NCBI RefSeq assembly: GCF_006345805.1
Contig: NW_021824250.1
Location: 1 to 18,552 of the forward strand
Length of the DNA: 18,552 bases
Source of the DNA: Octopus sinensis
Taxonomy: Eukaryota
Direction: 5' to 3'
The position numbers and the translations under genes were made by a program. Below, in pieces: positions 18,381 through 18,552 of the stretch (positions are counted from its first letter, which is position 1; the number at the start of each line of letters is the position of its first letter). The notes beneath the pieces are model-generated. The model was not told the origin of the DNA, searched no databases, and saw nothing but the letters and a program-made list of their open reading frames with translations.

Positions 18381-18425
18381 AGTTCGATCCTAACTGTCTT
18401 GTGAAGAAGAAAACATTATTTGAAG
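18381..18425 (+). other. Candidate 45-nt phase-symmetric micro-exon (xFDPNCLVKKKTLFEx)
   Basis: Acceptor ctgcacgtctctattcAG, donor GAAG|GTAAAT, length divisible by 3, one open frame. No homology recognised. Confidence 0.3.
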
Positions 18426-18488
18426 GTAAATTTCATTCTGGTAATTTCATATATCGTTGCTAAAAACGCCTGACACCTCGTACGTAAT

Positions 18489-18552
18489 TTCTTCTTCTTC
18501 TTCTTCTTCTTCTTCTTCTTCTTCTTCTTCTCTTCTTCTTCTTCTCTTCTTC
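18489..18552. repeat. (TTC)n microsatellite running off the window end
   Basis: Seen directly; an (AG)n run also lies at ~18106-18127. Confidence 0.97.

Noticed and set aside
18312-18494. Inverted repeat aattacgta / tacgtaatt as MITE ends
   Set aside because: Only 9 bp, AT-rich and built around a palindrome; no TSD is evident.

Overview
AT-rich, repeat-saturated eukaryotic DNA, intronic or intergenic. The SINE families and the density of microsatellites are most consistent with an octopus (coleoid cephalopod) genome; this is inferred from recognising the repeat families, not from a search. No convincing host protein-coding gene is present, and nearly every ORF in the track is a read-through of simple repeats. 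Supported content: (i) more than a dozen copies or fragments of three tRNA-derived SINE families; (ii) a 5'-truncated RTE-clade LINE with an 11-bp target-site duplication (TSD); (iii) a fold-back mariner derivative whose right arm is an inverted copy of the left end, including the transposase start; (iv) two complete non-autonomous Helitrons, plus a third Helitron-like 5' end interrupted by a 318-bp solo LTR with a 5-bp TSD; (v) a hAT MITE; (vi) a 1-kb polypyrimidine tract and many micro- and minisatellites. The least expected signal is four dispersed hammerhead-ribozyme-like motifs (CUGANGA...GAAA with plausible stems). Three resemble the minimal type I form known from Penelope-like elements. 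One type III-like candidate lies just downstream of a CCAAT/E-box/TATA cluster. Two weak micro-exon candidates may hint at a host gene on the + strand.
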